Virus record (IMG/VR): IMGVR_UViG_3300011013_000074
Location: 1 to 25,887 of that record
Direction: 5' to 3' (one strand)
Source: a virus
Lineage: Duplodnaviria > Caudoviricetes
Length of the DNA stretch: 25,887 bases
Below, one piece after another: positions 25,457-25,887 of the stretch. The position numbers were made by a program, and so were the translations under genes. The notes under the pieces were generated by a model. It did no database searches and had not been told where the DNA came from. It saw only the letters and a program-made list of their open reading frames with translations. Numbering within the stretch: position 1 is the stretch's first letter; each line of letters starts with the position of its first letter.

Positions 25457-25886
25457 TGTTCTCCTTGCTTGCGGATAATGGAATGCACCCTTCTTCTGGA
25501 TATTCTGCAAGGTGGCAATACCAGCCGATCGGCAAGATGTCTCCATCAGTTGAGGTTGTGGTCTCCTTGCGATACCAGATAACAACTTCTGTCTCCTGTT
25601 GATCGGGATCGTCCGCATCTGGATTTACAAACTCAACGGCTTCACGAAGCTCTTTCGCGGTAATGGTGATGCTGTTTGTTGTGCTATCCCGCCCCTCCTG
25701 CCTAGCTTTGGCTAGCTCGTTGTTGAGTTCGGCAGGCTCTCCACCTAAGATTGTCTTGAGTAATTTACGAATGCCCCCCATTATTTCCAAATGAATCTCG
25801 CCTTTCTTACCTATTTCGCAAGATTCTTTCATGGCTGCTATAATTCCGCCCTGTAGATTAGCCAACTTCAACTCAAGCGGCTTTCT
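25446..25886 (-). CDS. Hypothetical phage protein (probably 5'-truncated)
   Basis: The frame stays open to the window edge. C-terminal acidic module FVNPD..DPDQ.ETEV...GWY...AEYPEEG..PL. Confidence 0.6.
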   Translation of the reverse strand, partial: RKPLELKLANLQGGIIAAMKESCEIGKKGEIHLEIMGGIRKLLKTILGGEPAELNNELAKARQEGRDSTTNSITITAKELREAVEFVNPDADDPDQQETEVVIWYRKETTTSTDGDILPIGWYCHLAEYPEEGCIPLSASKENNDG

Positions 25887-25887
25887 A

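Noticed and set aside
1-25887. CRISPR array, DGR template/variable repeats, tRNA, integrase or IS element
   Set aside because: No regularly spaced repeats, long near-identical repeat pairs, reverse transcriptase, recombinase or transposase motifs were seen by eye.

Overview
The window is a segment of a tailed phage (or prophage) genome with a podovirus-like late operon. The + strand (1-23897) carries tightly coupled genes: the 3' end of a tail-fibre-like gene, two head-tail adaptor-like genes, a short tail fibre, a tail nozzle-like protein, and a DNA-ejection (internal virion protein) module. The two largest ejection-module genes look like polyvalent proteins. The 1219-aa one has an inorganic-pyrophosphatase-like domain. 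The 3179-aa one strings together an N6-adenine methyltransferase (NPPF), an uncharacterised EEIQSDW domain, a zincin metallopeptidase, an FtsK-gamma-like winged helix and an ADP-ribosyltransferase-like domain. A 4-kb cassette separates these two genes; it contains a 997-aa beta-rich structural protein and a signal-peptide HNH protein. Small hypothetical genes converge from the - strand at the right end. The most striking observations are two candidate genes with their own ribosome-binding sites nested in the +1 frame of linkers of the 1219-aa gene, the FtsK-gamma-like domain, and a recurrent L-F/Y/H-S motif at domain borders of the giant protein. All family assignments come from motif recognition by eye; no database searches were run.
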